From Squalus acanthias (lineage: Eukaryota): a stretch of 64,000 nt of DNA. The stretch spans positions 1 to 64,000 of the forward strand of contig JASTWF010000348.1 of NCBI GenBank assembly GCA_030390025.1, in the 5' to 3' direction. Shown here piece by piece: positions 36,441 through 48,619 of this stretch. Made by a program: the position numbers and the translations under genes. Every line of letters starts with the position of its first letter. The first letter of the stretch is position 1. The notes under the pieces are model-generated. The model saw only the letters and a list, made by a program, of their open reading frames with translations. It did no database searches and was not told the origin of the DNA.

Positions 36441-37552
36441 AACTTGAACTGTTGAGAACGGGCCTTTAATTATACCCATTGAAGCTTCCTTATCATTGTA
36501 AGATTTTGGAGGGCTCGTTAACAGTAACTGGTTTGTAAATGTGTGAAGTGGTTTCGGGATAGCTCCATCCTGTTGATCTCCTCGGTTGATTACAGGTGAT
36601 TGTTTTTGTGTTTGGTTTTCTTGACTGGGCCCGGGTTTTCTATGGAATGGGTCTGAGTGATTTGTATTATGCATGGTTTTGATGGGTCCTGTGATAGGTT
36701 TTGATGGGGCCTGTGTTTTGGGTGTGACTGCCTTCTCCCAGGGTCTATTGTCAAAATGTTAATATCTGCTGGGGTTTTGAGTGAGGTCATGACGGTTCCC
36801 CAGACAGTGTAATTAACTGCAATAGCCAAACTGCTTTTACAGAGGTCGAACCCACCTTCCCTTTACAGGCCGAGACATGTTTTTAAAATGCCAAAACTTG
36901 GTTTTTGGTCTTAACTTCCTTAGGTTAGGCCTAAATGCACTTTATCACCTTGAAATAGTTAGAAAAGAGTCCAAAGTCTTTTTCCTCAGGGTTTGTCTTC
37001 GAGTTTTGGGGGATCTGTGAATTTTGAGAATCTTACAGTGTGGTGAAGGTACTCCCACAGTGCTGTTAGGTAGGGAGTTCCAGGAGTTTAACCCAGCGAC
37101 GATGAAGGATCGGCGATATACTTCTAACTCAGGATGGTGTGTGACTTGGAGAGGGAACCTGGAGGTGGTGGTGTTCCCATGAGCCTGCTGCCCTTGTCCT
37201 TCTAGGTGGAAGAGGTCGCGGGTTTGGGAGGTGCTGCCGAAGAAGCCTTGGCGAGTTGCTGCAGTGCATCTTGTAGATGGTACACACTGCAGCCGCGGTA
37301 CGCCGGTGGTGGAGGGAGTGAATGTTTAAGGTGGTGGATGGGGTCCCAATCAAGCGGGCTGCTTTGTCCTGGATGGTGTCGAGCTTCTCGAGTGTTGTTG
37401 GAGCTGCACTCATCCAGGCACGTGGAGAGTATTCCATCATACTCCTTACTTGGGGTGGGGGTTAGAGGCATCCAAAGGGTCTGTCACTGTACTAGGGGCG
37501 GGGGGGGGGGGTGGTTTGAGGGGGCGGGGGTGATCCCACACTTAGAAGCAAA

Positions 37553-38628
37553 GACGGAACTTGGCATTTACAGGCAGGAAGCAAAGGGTAAAGGTCGAAG
37601 GGTGTTTTTGTGACTGGAAGGCTGTTTCCAGTGGGGTTCCGCAGGCCTCAGTACTGGGTCCTTTGCTTTTTGTGGTATATATCAATGATTTGGACTTGAA
37701 TGTAGGAAGTATGATTAAGAAGTTTGCAGATGATACTAAAATTGGCCGTGTGGTTGTGAATGAAGAAGGAAGCTGTAGACTGCAGGAAGATATCAATGGA
37801 CTGGTCAGGTGGGCAGAACAGTGGCAAATCGAATTCAATCTGGAGAAGTGTGAGGTACTGCATTTGGGGAGGGCTAACAAGGCAACGGAATACACAATAA
37901 ATGGTAGGAAACTGAGATGTGCAGAGGATCAGAGGGACCTTGGAGTGCATGTCCACAGATCCCTGAAGGTAGCAGGACAGGTAGATAAGGCGGTTAAGAA
38001 GGCAGACGGGATACTTTTCTTTATTAGCTGAGGCATAGAATCTAAGAGCAGGGAGGTTATGCTTGAACTGTATAAAACACTAGTTAGGCCGCAGCTAGAG
38101 TACTGCGTGCAGTTCTGGTCACCACATTACAGGAAGGATGTGATTGCGCTAGAGAGGGTACAGAGGAGATTTACGACAATGTTGCCTGGTCTGGGGAATT
38201 TTAGCTATGAGGAAAGACTGGATAGGCTGGGTTTGTTTTCTTTGGAACAGAGGAGGCTGAGGGGAGACCTTATTGAGGTGTATAAAATTACGAGGGGCCT
38301 AGATAGAGTGGACAGGAAGGACCTATTTCCCCTAGCAGAGGGGTCAATAACCAGGGGGCACAGATTTAAAGTAATTGGTCGGAGGTTTAGAGGGGAGTTG
38401 AGGGGAAATGTTTTCACCCAGAGGGTGGTGGGGGTCTGGAACTCACTGCCTGAAAGGGTGGAAGAGGCAGGAACCCTCATCACATTTAAAAAGTACTTGG
38501 ATATGCACTTGAAGTGCCTTAACATACAGGGCTACGGACCAAGAGCTGGAAAGTGGGATTAGGCTGGAGAGCTCTTTGTCGGCCAGCACGGACAAGATGG
38601 GCCGAATGGCCTCCTTCTGTGTTGTAAG
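37553..38628 (+). mobile_element. CR1 LINE, 5'-truncated (RT core to 3' UTR)
   Basis: [47 protein letters not shown]; in-frame stop at ~38029. Confidence 0.92.
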
Positions 38629-38948
38629 TCACAGAATCACAGAATCCCCACAGTGCAGATAGAGGCCATTTCGGCCCGTCGAGCCTGCACCGACACATAT
38701 CCCACCCTATCCCTGTAACCCCTCGTATTTAATCCCCCCTAACACTGAGGGTCAATTTATCATAGCCAAATCGACCTAACCCGCACATCTTTGGACTGTG
38801 GGAGGAAACCGGAGCACCCGGAGGAAACCCACGCAGACACGGGGAGAATGTGCAAACTCCACACAGACAGTCACCCGAGGCCGGATTCGAACCCGGGTCC
38901 CTGGCGCTGTGAGGCAAAAGTGCTAACCACTATGCCACCGTGTTGCCC
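38629..38948 (-). mobile_element. HE1-type V-SINE inserted at the CR1 tail
   Basis: Full head-to-tail match to 4382-4697. Confidence 0.88.
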
Positions 38949-39274
38949 TCTGTGATTCTGTGATGGATACAGTGCTGTTCACGACCTCAGGACGTCCCAA
39001 AGCGCTTTACAGCCAATTCATTACTTCGGAAGCGTAGTCACCCTTGCAATGTGGGCAAAACGTAGGCCGCCAATTTGTGCACAGCAAGCTCCCGCAATCA
39101 GAACTGACCCCACCTGCAGTAACTGCTTGCAGTTCTGGGGCACCGCCTCTCAGGAAGGATATATTGGCCTTGGAGGGGGAGCAGCGCAGATCCCCCCGGA
39201 ATGATGCCGGGGCGTAGAGGGTTAAGTGACGAGGAATGGTTGCATAAACCTGGTTCGTATTCCCTTATTTGAAA

Positions 39275-39311
39275 TCACAAGCTTTCGGAGCGCTGCTCCT
39301 TCGTCAGGTGA
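39275..39311 (-). ncRNA. minimal hammerhead ribozyme motif
   Basis: ucac-CUGACGA-a-GGAGC agc GCUCC-GAAA-gcUU-guga. Confidence 0.68.
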
Positions 39312-39522
39312 AGTGAAGAGATGCATATAGGCACAGCATATATAGTCAGAGAACACTGCCAGATGATTACAGTTAATCTTTCTAACTGCCCTTTATCACA
39401 CCTCGGCAGAGAGATAATCACGGCAATCAAAGGTGTGGGTGGTGTCCAAAGAAAGATTAACTGTAATCATCTGGCAGTGTTCTCTGACTATATATGCTGT
39501 GCCTATATGCATCTCTTCACTA

Positions 39523-39557
39523 CACCTGACGAAGGAGCGGCGCTCCGAAAGCTTGTG
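39523..39557 (+). ncRNA. minimal hammerhead ribozyme motif
   Basis: cac-CUGACGA-a-GGAGC ggc GCUCC-GAAA-gcUU-gug. Confidence 0.65.
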
Positions 39558-40156
39558 ATTTCAAATAAAGCTGTTGGACTATAACCTGGTGTTGTGCGAC
39601 TTCTCACACATTTGTCCACCCCAGTCCAACACCGGCATCTCCGCATCATGTATTCCCTTGAGTTTAGAAGGTTGAAGGGTGGCTTAATCAAGGTGTTGAA
39701 AATGTTAAAGGAGTCGATAGGGTCGATGGAGAGAGAAACTATTTACTCTGGTTGGGGGGGGGGGGGGAGTCCGGAACAAGGGGGGCAGGGGGGTGCGCAC
39801 AACCTTAAAATTAGAGCCAGGCCGTTCAGGGGTGATGTCAGGAAGCACGTCTTCACACAGAGGGTTGTGGAAATCTGGAACTCGCTCCCCCCAAAAGGTT
39901 GTGGATGCTGGGGCCTCAGTTGAAGCTTTTGAGACTGAGAGCGATAGATTCTTGTTGGGTAAGGGTCTCAGGGGATAGGGAGCAGAGGCGGGTCAATGGG
40001 GTCGAGCTACGGATCAGTCGTGATCTGATTGAATGACGGAGCAGGCTCGAGCGGCTGAATGGCCTCTTCCTGTGCCTTTGAATAACTGGTTAATCCGTGT
40101 TTTTGTCATGTTGGTTTCGGGTTACAAAGAGGTAGACGTTATGTTACAGTACCCTC

Positions 40157-41775
40157 TTACCCGCTGTGTGCTGTACATGTACAGGAGCTGACTCTGAGAC
40201 ACACACACGGGCTGTACAGTACCAGACGGGAGTGAATCGTTCCCTTTTACCCGCTGTGTGCTGTACATGTACAGGAGCTGACACTGAGACACACACGGGC
40301 CGTACAGTACCAGACGGGAGTGAATCGTTCCCTTTTACCCGCTGTGTGCTGTACATGTACAGGAGCTGACACTGAGACACACACACGGGCCGTACAGTAC
40401 CAGACGGGAGTGAATCGTTCCCTTTTACCCACTGTGTGCTGTACATGTACAGGAGCTGACACTGAGACACACACACGGGCCGTACAGTACCAGACGGGAG
40501 TGAATCGTTCCCTTTTACCTGCTGTGTACTGTACATGTACAGGAGCTGACACTGAGACACACACACGGGCCGTACAGTACCAGACGGGAGTGAATCGTTC
40601 CCTTTTACCCGCTGTGTGCTGTACATGTACAGGAGCTGACACTGAGACACACACGGGCCGTACAGTACCAGACGGGAGTGAATCGTTCCCTTTTACCCGC
40701 TGTGCGCTGTACATGTACAGGAGCTGACACTGAGACACACACGGGCCGTACAGTACCAGACGGGAGTGAATCGTTCCCTTTTACCCGCTGTGTACTGTAC
40801 ATGTACAGGAGCTGACACTGAGACACACACACGGGCCGTACAGTACCAGACGGGAGTGAATCGTTCCCTTTTACCCGCTGTGTGCTGTACATGTACAGGA
40901 GCTGACACTGAGACACACACGGGCCGTACAGTACCAGACGGGAGTGAATCGTTCCCTTTTACCCGCTGTGTGCTGTACATGTACAGGAGCTGACACTGAG
41001 ACACACACACGGGCCGTACAGTACCAGACGGGAGTGAATCGTTCCCTTTTACCCGCTGTGTGCTGTACATGTACAGGAGCTGACACTGAGACACACACGG
41101 GCCGTACAGTACCAGACGGGAGTGAATCGTTCCCTTTTACCCACTGTGTGCTGTACAGGTGCAGGAGCTGACACTGAGACACACACACGGGCCGTACAGT
41201 ACCAGACGGGAGTGAATCGTTCCCTTTTACCCGCTGTGTGCTGTACATGTACAGGAGCTGACACTGAGACACACACGGGCCGTACAGTACCAGACGGGAG
41301 TGAATCGTTCCCTTTTACCCACTGTGTGCTGTACAGGTGCAGGAGCTGACACTGAGACACACACACGGGCCGTACAGTACCAGACGGGAGTGAATCGTTC
41401 CCTTTTACCCGCTGTGTGCTGTACATGTACAGGAGCTGACACTGAGACACACACACGGGCCGTACAGTACCAGACGGGAGTGAATCGTTCCCTTTTACCC
41501 GCTGTGTGCTGTACATGTACAGGAGCTGACACTGAGACACACACACGGGCCGTACAGTACCAGACCGGAGTGAATCGTTCCCTTTTACCCGCTGTGTGCT
41601 GTACATGTACAGGAGCTGACACTGAGACACACACACGGGCCGTACAGTACCAGACGGGAGTGAATCGTTCCCTTTTACCCACTGTGTGCTGTACATGTAC
41701 AGGAGCTGACACTGAGACACACACGGGCTGTACAGTACCAGACAGGAGTGAATCATTCCCTTTTACCCACTGTGT
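40157..41775 (-). repeat. 88/90-bp satellite, array 3 (~18 units), inverted relative to arrays 1 and 2
   Basis: Reverse complement of the unit at 80-833. Confidence 0.97.
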
Positions 41776-42125
41776 TGTCAGACTGGTTAAGCAACTAGTG
41801 GGATTAACAGAGAAAGTATGGCAACTGAGAGCCTTAGACTGAGGGTGGGGGTGCGACAGAGAGATTGTTATAACTGAGGCCTATACTGAGCGTGCGGAGC
41901 ACAGAGAGAGTCTTATACAATGATAGAATGATACAGACGGCCATTCTGACTGTGCCGGCTCTTTGGTAGAGCCGCCCTATTCCTCCCGCCCCCCTGCTCT
42001 CTCCCCCACAGCCCTGCAAATTGTTTCAACTTCAGGTATTTATCCAATTCCCTTTTGAAACTCATTATTGAATCTGTTTCCACCAACCTTTCAGGCGGTG
42101 CATTCCAGATCACAACAACTTTTTT

Positions 42126-42870
42126 TTAAATTTGTTTTTATGGGATCTGGGCGTCTCTGACAAGGCCGGCATTTATTGCCCATCCCTATTTGCCCCTCGA
42201 GAAGGTGGTGGTGAGCCGCCTTCTTGAACCGCTGCAGTCCGTGTGGTGAAGGTACTCCCACAGTGCTGTTAGGGAGGGAGTTCCAGGATTTTGACCCAGC
42301 GACGATGAAGGAACGGCTGATATATTTCCAAGTCAGGATGGTGTGTGACTTGGAGGGGAACTTGGAGGTGGTGGTGTTCCCCTGCGCCTGCTGCTCCTTG
42401 TCCTTCTAGGTGGAAGAGGTCGCGGGTTTGGGAGGTGCTGCCGAAGAAGCCTTGGCGAGTTGCTGCAGCGCCTCTTGTAGATGGTACACACTGCAGCCAC
42501 GGTGCGCCAGTGGTGGAGGGAGTGAATGTTTAAGGTGGTGGATGGGGTGCCAATCAAGCGGGCTGCTTTGTCCTGGATGGTGTCGAGCTTCTTGAGTGGT
42601 GTTGGAGCTGCACTCATCCAGGCGAGTGGAGAGTATTCCATCACACTCCTGACTTGTGCCTTGTAGATGGTGGAAAGGCTTTGGGGAGTCAGGAGGTGAG
42701 ACACTCGCCACAGAATACCCAGCCTCTGACCTGCTCTTGTTGCCACAGTACTTATGTGGCTGGTCCAGTTAAGCTTCTGGTCAATGGTGACCCCCCAGGA
42801 TGTTGATGGTGGGGGATTCGGCGATGGTATAGCCGGTGAATGTCAAGGGGCGGGTGTTTAGACTCTCGCT
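42126..42870 (-). mobile_element. second LINE family 3' portion
   Basis: AGQRLGILWRVSHLLTPQSLSTIYKAQVRSVMEYSPLAWMSAAP..LDTIQDKAARLI. Confidence 0.85.
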
Positions 42871-42879
42871 TGCTGTAAA

Positions 42880-43270
42880 TATTTTCTCCTCATGTCCCCT
42901 CTGGTTCTTTTGCCAATCACCTTCAATCTGTGTCCTCTGGTTACCGCCCCATCACCACTGGAAACAGTCTCTCCTTACTTACTCTATCGAAACCCTTCAT
43001 GATCTTGAACACCTCAATCAAATCTCCTCTCCACCCTCTCCAAGGCCTTGACATCCTTTCGATAGTGTGGTGCCCAGAATTGGCCACAGTATTCCAGCTG
43101 GGGGCCGAACCAGTGTTTTAGAAAGGTTTAGCCTAGCTTCCTTGCTTCTGTACTCTATTGATAAAGCCAAGGATCCTGTATGCTTTTTTAACAGCCTTGC
43201 CCTGCCACCTTCAAGGATGTGTGTACATACACTCCCAGGACTCATTGTTCCTACACCCCCTTTAAAATTG
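42880..43270 (-). mobile_element. degenerate CR1 fragment
   Basis: [20 protein letters not shown] remnants. Confidence 0.65.
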
Positions 43271-43380
43271 GACCACTTGATTCAACAGACCAGGTGACTT
43301 TGCTACTTTGAGCACTGCCAACATTTTTTAGTGCCTCCTCTTTATCTATTTTTATCCTGTCCAAGTTCTCTCCTGCCTCC

Positions 43381-44198
43381 TGGAATTTAACCCTGAAAAG
43401 TGTGAGGTGATGCATTTGGGAGGACTAACAAGGCAAGGGAATACACAATGAATGGTAGGACCCTCGGAAGGACAGAGGATCAGAGGGACCTTGGTGTGCA
43501 TGTACATAGATCCCTGAAGGCAGCAGGACAGGTAGATAAGGTGGTTAAAAAGGCATATGGGATACTTGCCTTCATTAGCCGAGGCATAGAATATAAGAGC
43601 AGGGAGGTTATGATGGAGCTGTACAAAACGCTAGTTCGGCCACAGCTGGAATACTGTGTGCAGTTCTGGTCGCCACACTATAGGAAGGATGTGATTGCAT
43701 TGGAGAGGGTGCAGAGGAGATTCACCAGGATGTTACCTGGGCTGGAGCGCTTCAGCTATGAAGAGAGACTGGACAGGCTGGGGTTGTTTTCCTTCGAGCA
43801 GAGAAGGCTGAGGGGGGGACCTGATTGAGGTGTGCAAAATTATGAGGGGCACAGATAGGTTAGATAGAAAGGAACTTTTCCCCTTAGTAGAGGGGTCAAT
43901 AACCAGGGGGCATAGTTTCAAGATAAGGAGCAGGAGGTTTAGAGGGGATTTGAGGAAAATCTTTTTCACCCAGAGGGTGGTTGGAATCTGGAACTCACTG
44001 CCTGAAAGGGTGGTAGAGGCAGGAACCCTCACAACATTCAAGAAGCATTTAGATGAGCACTTGAAACGCCATAGCATACAAGGCTACGGACCAAGTGCAG
44101 GAAAATGGGATTAGAATAGACAGGGCTTGATAGGCCGGCGCGGACACGATGGGCCGAAGGGCCTCTTTCTGTGCTGTATAACTTTATGACTCTATGAC
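43381..44198 (+). mobile_element. CR1 3' portion
   Basis: ORFs 43448-43828 and 43830-44114; tail ..tatgactctatgactc; close relative inverted at 49683-50679. Confidence 0.92.
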
Positions 44199-44199
44199 T

Positions 44200-44830
44200 C
44201 CTCCTTTGCTGCGACATTGGCAGCATCCTCTTCTTTAGTGAAGACAGATACAAAGTGCTGATTGAGTACCTCGGCCATGCCCTCTGCCTCTGACAAGAAG
44301 ATCTCCTCTTTAACCATAAGAACAATCGTAAAGCGTAGGAGCAGGAGTAGGTCATTCGGCCCCTCAAGCCTGCTCCGCCATTCAATGAGATCATGGTTGA
44401 TCTGATCTTGGCCTCAACTCCACTTCCCTGCCCGCTCCCCATAACCCTCGACCCCCTTATGTTCAAAAATCTGTCTCTCTCCACCTTAAATATATTCATT
44501 GACCCATTTGGTCCCTAACCGCCCCCAGCGTTCCTTTGACTAACCTTTTGCTATTTATGTGTTTATAAAAGACTTTTGGATTCCCTTTTATGTGAGCCGC
44601 TAATCTAATCTCAAGCACTCTCTTTGCCCCTCGTATTCCCTTTTTAAAATCTCCTCTGTACTTTCTAGATTCAGCTTGGTTCTGTACTGTATTATGAACC
44701 CAACATTTATCATAAGCCTCCTTTTTCTGTTTCATTTTAACCTCGATATCTTTGGTCATCCAGGGAGCTCCAGCTTTTTTATGCCCTTCCTTTCCCCCTC
44801 GTGGGAATGTGTCTACTCTGTACTCGAGCT
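44200..44830 (-). mobile_element. CR1 fragments (EN-RT linker region plus a nested 3' end at ~44315-44497)
   Basis: PWMTKDI..KKEAY..IRGAKR..LAAHIKGNPKVFYKHINSKR. Confidence 0.75.
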
Positions 44831-44834
44831 ATCT

Positions 44835-45642
44835 CATAGAAAACATAGAAACATAGAAGATAGGAGCAGGAGTAGGCCATTCGGCCCCTCGAGCCTGCTC
44901 CGCCATTCGATGAGATCATGGCTGATCATCCAAACTCAGTACCCTGTCCCGGCCTTCTCCCCATATCCCTTGATCCCTTTAGCCTTAAGAAATATATCTA
45001 ACTCATTCTTGAATATATTTAATGACTTGGCCTCAACTACCTTCTGTGGTAGAGAATTCCACAGGTTCACCACTCTCTGGGTGAAGAAATTCTTCCTCAT
45101 TTCTGTCCTAAATGGCTTACCCCTTATCCTTAGACTGTGACCCCTGGTTCTGGACTCTCCGACCATCGGGAACATTCTTCCTGCATCTAGTTTGTCCAGA
45201 CCTGTCAGAATTTTATATGTTTCGATGAGATCCCCTCTCATTCTTCTATACTCCAGCGAGTATAAGCCCAATCGACCCAATCTCTCCTCATATGTCATTC
45301 CTGCCATCCCAGGTATCAGCACACAGTACTCAAGGTGTGGTCTCACCAAGGCCCTGTACAACTGCAGCAGGACATCCCTGTTCCTATACTCAAACCCTTT
45401 CGCTATGAAGGCCAACATACCATTTGCCTTCTTCACCGCCTGCTGCACCTGCATGCTTACCTTCAGCGACTGGTGCACAAGGACACCCAGGTCTCGTTGC
45501 ACTTCCCCTTCTCCCAATCTATTGCCATTCAGATAATAGTCTGCCTTTCTGTTTTTGACACCAAAGTGGATAACCTCGCATTTATCCACGTTATATTGCA
45601 TCTGCCATGCTTCTGCCCACTCACCCAACCTGTCCAAATCAT
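44835..45642 (-). mobile_element. young CR1/HER1-type copy with a 69-bp internal deletion
   Basis: ORF 44936-45664 is near-identical to 51234-52100 but lacks [23 protein letters not shown]. Confidence 0.92.
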
Positions 45643-47135
45643 CTCCTCCCTGAAGGCCTCCCATTGTTCCATTACTGTTTCACCTGCCAGTCTTTGATTC
45701 CAATCCACCTGGGCCAGATCCCCTTTCAACTCACTGAAATTAGCCCGACTCCGGTTGAGTATTTTCACATTTGATTGCTCCTTGTCCTTTTCCAATAACT
45801 ATTCTAAACCTGATGACATTATGATCACTCTTCCCCAAATGCTCCCCCCACTGCAACATGCTCCACTTGCCCCACTTCATTCCCCAGAATTTGATCCAGC
45901 TCTCCTTCCTTCCGCGTTGGGCTGCAAACACACGGATCAAAAAGTTCTCTGTACACATTTCAGGAATTCCTCCCCCTCTTTGCCCTTTACACTGTTATTT
46001 TCCCGGTCTATACTAGGAAAATTGAAGTCTCAAGTACATCATCCCTTTCTAGTGCTGTAACAGTATCTTTGATCAGTATTGCCACCCCACCTCTTTTTAT
46101 TCCTTCCCTATCTTTCCTGAATACCTTGTAGCCAGGAATATTGGGGGGAAAATTCAGTTGCTTTGCGCCTCCCGTTAGCGCCTTAAGAGGGCGCTAATGG
46201 GGCGCAAAGCATCTAGCGCCCAGGCGCGGTGATGTTTGCGCCGCTCGCGAAATTAACTAGACATTTTGCGGCGGTGCTAAACACTACCGCCCCGATCCCC
46301 TGCGCCGGCAGATCGTGACATCAGTCGAGTGCGCAACGCCCCGGTAGCGCCCCGGAGCGGATATTGAGTGGCGCCCCCTGCCTTACCGCCTGCCGCTAGC
46401 AACGACAGGTTGAGGAGAGCGTTTTGCAGTCAGGAAGGGGCTGGGGGAGTGCTATTTAAAGGCGACCGCTTCCTGCCTTTTTTTGTTGGCGCCATTTTTG
46501 AACCACGCATTCTGAGAGAGGGAGAGAGACTTCTGGAGAGATTCAACGCTGTGTGAAGGAGTTTTGTGTACTGAGCAGCACTTTGCAGGTTCATTTTGAT
46601 TTGCCATTCCTTGTAACGATTTAGAAGAGACTGTGGGGGCTGCACTCTGAGCTCTTTCCCTGGGCCTCTCCATTGTTATTTCCAGCAGATTTGATGTACA
46701 GGTCTCTCCAGGCCGAGATTCAAGGCTGCAATGAGCAGGATGTGGATGGAGAGCAAGATCAACCCTCCCCTTTAAGAACTGGCCGGCGCCATTGTGTCTG
46801 TGTTCCATTGCTGACTGACATCACATGAGCTTCGCCAGCGCTCTGAGTTAGCGCCTCGCTCCTCGGCGTTAGCGCCTTAAGACAGATGTGTAGCGCCTGA
46901 TTTAGCGCTCCAATCACCTCCAGGGGCGATAAAAGTCAAGTTTGCAGTCGGAGGCGATAATTAGCGCCAGGCGCTAATCTTTGCGCCCGGCCGATAATTG
47001 CGCCCCAAACGGGGCGATACTGAATTTTCCCCCCATTGAGTTCCCAATCCTCCACTTCTTTGAGCCAGGTCTCTGTTCTTGCCACTTTATCATAATTCTA
47101 TGTGGCGACTTGTGTCTGTGACTCACTAACCTTAT
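45643..47135 (-). mobile_element. CR1 APE-endonuclease region, degenerate, interrupted by MITE B
   Basis: GEHLGKSDHNVIRFRI..ANFSELKGDLAQVDW..EQWEAFREE. Confidence 0.75.
46143..47034. mobile_element. MITE / non-autonomous DNA transposon, family B (PIF/Harbinger-like)
   Basis: Perfect 16-bp TIRs ggggggaaaattcagt / actgaattttcccccc; 3-bp TSD ATT (46140-46142, 47035-47037); many subterminal TAGCGCC/GGCGC motifs. Confidence 0.85.
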
Positions 47136-47613
47136 CAGACTGATTCCTGGGATGGGGTGGATTGTCCTATGAGGAGAGATTGAGTAGACTAGGCCTATAT
47201 TCTGCAGAGTTTAGAAGAATGAGAGGTGATCTCATTGAAACATACAAAATTTTCACAGGGCTTGACAGGGTAGATGCAGGGAGGATGTTTCCCCTGGCTG
47301 GGGAGTCTAGAACCAGGGGTCACAGTCTCAGAATAAGGGGTCGGCCATTTAGGACTGAGATGAGGAGAAATATCTTCACTCAGAGGGTGGTGAATCTTTG
47401 GAATTCTCTACCCCAGAGGGCTGTGGAGGCTCAGTCGTTGAGTATATTCAAGACAGAGATCGGTAGATTTTTGGATGTTAAGGGAATCAAGGGATATGGG
47501 GATAGTGCAGGAAAGTGGAGATGAGGTAGAAGATTAGCCATGATCTTATTGAATCGCGGAGCAGGCTCGAGGGGCCGAATGGCCTACTCCTGCTCCTATT
47601 TCTTATGTTCTTA
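47136..47613 (+). mobile_element. CR1 3' end
   Basis: ORF 47162-47524 and tail ttcttatgttcttat. Confidence 0.9.
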
Positions 47614-47780
47614 TTTACTACGCTAAGTGCATTTACGCACATGCACTCTAAAGCCATCTTAGTCTGCCTCGCATTTCCCCCCCTGTCTGATCCCTACTAA
47701 TTCTGAACTACTCTTTATAACTGAGAGCCTTATACTGAGGGTGGGATGCAACAGAGAGAGTGTTATAATGAGGGCTATAC

Positions 47781-48619
47781 AATTAAATATTGGAAGACCG
47801 AAGCCATTGTTTTCGGTCCCCGCCACAAACTCGGTTCCCTAGCCACTGACTCCATCCCTCTCCCTAACATCTGTCCGAGGCTGAACCACACTGTTCGCAA
47901 CCTTGGTGTCATATTTGACCCTGAAATGAGCTTCCGACCACACATCGGCAGCATAACAAAGACCGCTTATTTCCACCTCCGTAACATCGCCCGTCTCCGC
48001 CCCTGCCTCAGCTCATCCGCTGCTGAAACCCTCATCCATGCCTCTGTTACCTCTAGACTTGACTATTCCAACGCACTCCTGGCCGGCCTCCCACATTCTA
48101 CCCTACGTAAACTTGAGGTCATCCAAAACTCGGCTGCCCGTGTCCTAACTCGCACCAAGTCCCGTTCGCCCATCACCCCTGTGTTCGCTGACCTACATTG
48201 GCTCCCGGTTAAGCAGCGCCTCGATTTCAAAATTCTCATCCTTGTTTTCAAATCCCTCCATGGCCTCGCCCCTCCCTATCTCTGTAATCTCCGTCAGCCC
48301 CACAACCCCCCCGCCCGAGATATCTGCGCTCCTCTAATTCTGCCCTCTTGAGCATCCCTGATTATAATCGCTCAACCATTGGTGGCCGTGCCTTCAGCTG
48401 CCTGGGGTTATAAGCTCTGGAATTCCCTCCCTAAACCTCTCCGCCTCGCAACCTCTCTTTCCTCCTTTAAGACGCTCCTTAAAACCGACCTCTTTTGGTC
48501 ACCTGCCCTAATTTCTCCTTATGTGGCTCGGTGTCAAAACTTTTGTCTTATAATACTCCTGGGAAGCGCCTTGGGACGTTAAACTGCGTTAAAGGCGTTG
48601 TATAAATACAAGGTGTTGT
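47781..48619 (+). mobile_element. L2-type LINE 3' portion
   Basis: KTEAIVFG..VRNLGVIFD.EMSF..HI..AYFHLRNIARLRPCL..ETLIHA.VTSRLDYSNALLAGLP..IQNSAARVLT..LHWLPVKQR.DFKIL. Confidence 0.9.

Larger units (their letters stand above)
35281..37037 (-). mobile_element. probable solo LTR (LTR retrotransposon/ERV) carrying two nested insertions
   Basis: Begins TGTA and ends TACA; 4-bp TSD GTGT (35277-35280, 37038-37041); minus-strand AATAAA at 35431-35436 and TATA-like sequence at ~36466-36475. Confidence 0.75.
35163..37447 (-). mobile_element. second LINE family (CR1-group; parts 35163-35280 and 37038-37447) split by an LTR insertion
   Basis: MEYSPRAWMSAAPTTLEKLDTIQDKAARLIG; the uninterrupted copy at 42126-42870 reads cagtccgtgtggtgaaggtactccc across the junction. 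Confidence 0.85.
39267..39649. mobile_element. ~380-bp fold-back Penelope-derived element
   Basis: ~118-bp inverted arms (39265-39382, 39451-39568); 10-bp TSD gtattccctt (39257-39266, 39650-39659). Confidence 0.88.
39110..40075 (+). mobile_element. degenerate CR1 3' region interrupted by a Penelope-derived element
   Basis: cagttctggg..caggaaggatatattggccttggaggg, then YSLEFRRLKG.LI..LKIRARPFRGDVRKHVFTQRVVEIWNSLP. Confidence 0.8.

Noticed and set aside
40157..41775. CACAGCG/CACAGTG in the satellite as V(D)J RSS heptamers, and GTACATGTAC as a p53 half-site
   Set aside because: No nonamer at 12 or 23 bp spacing; the p53 half-site has two mismatches and no partner half-site.
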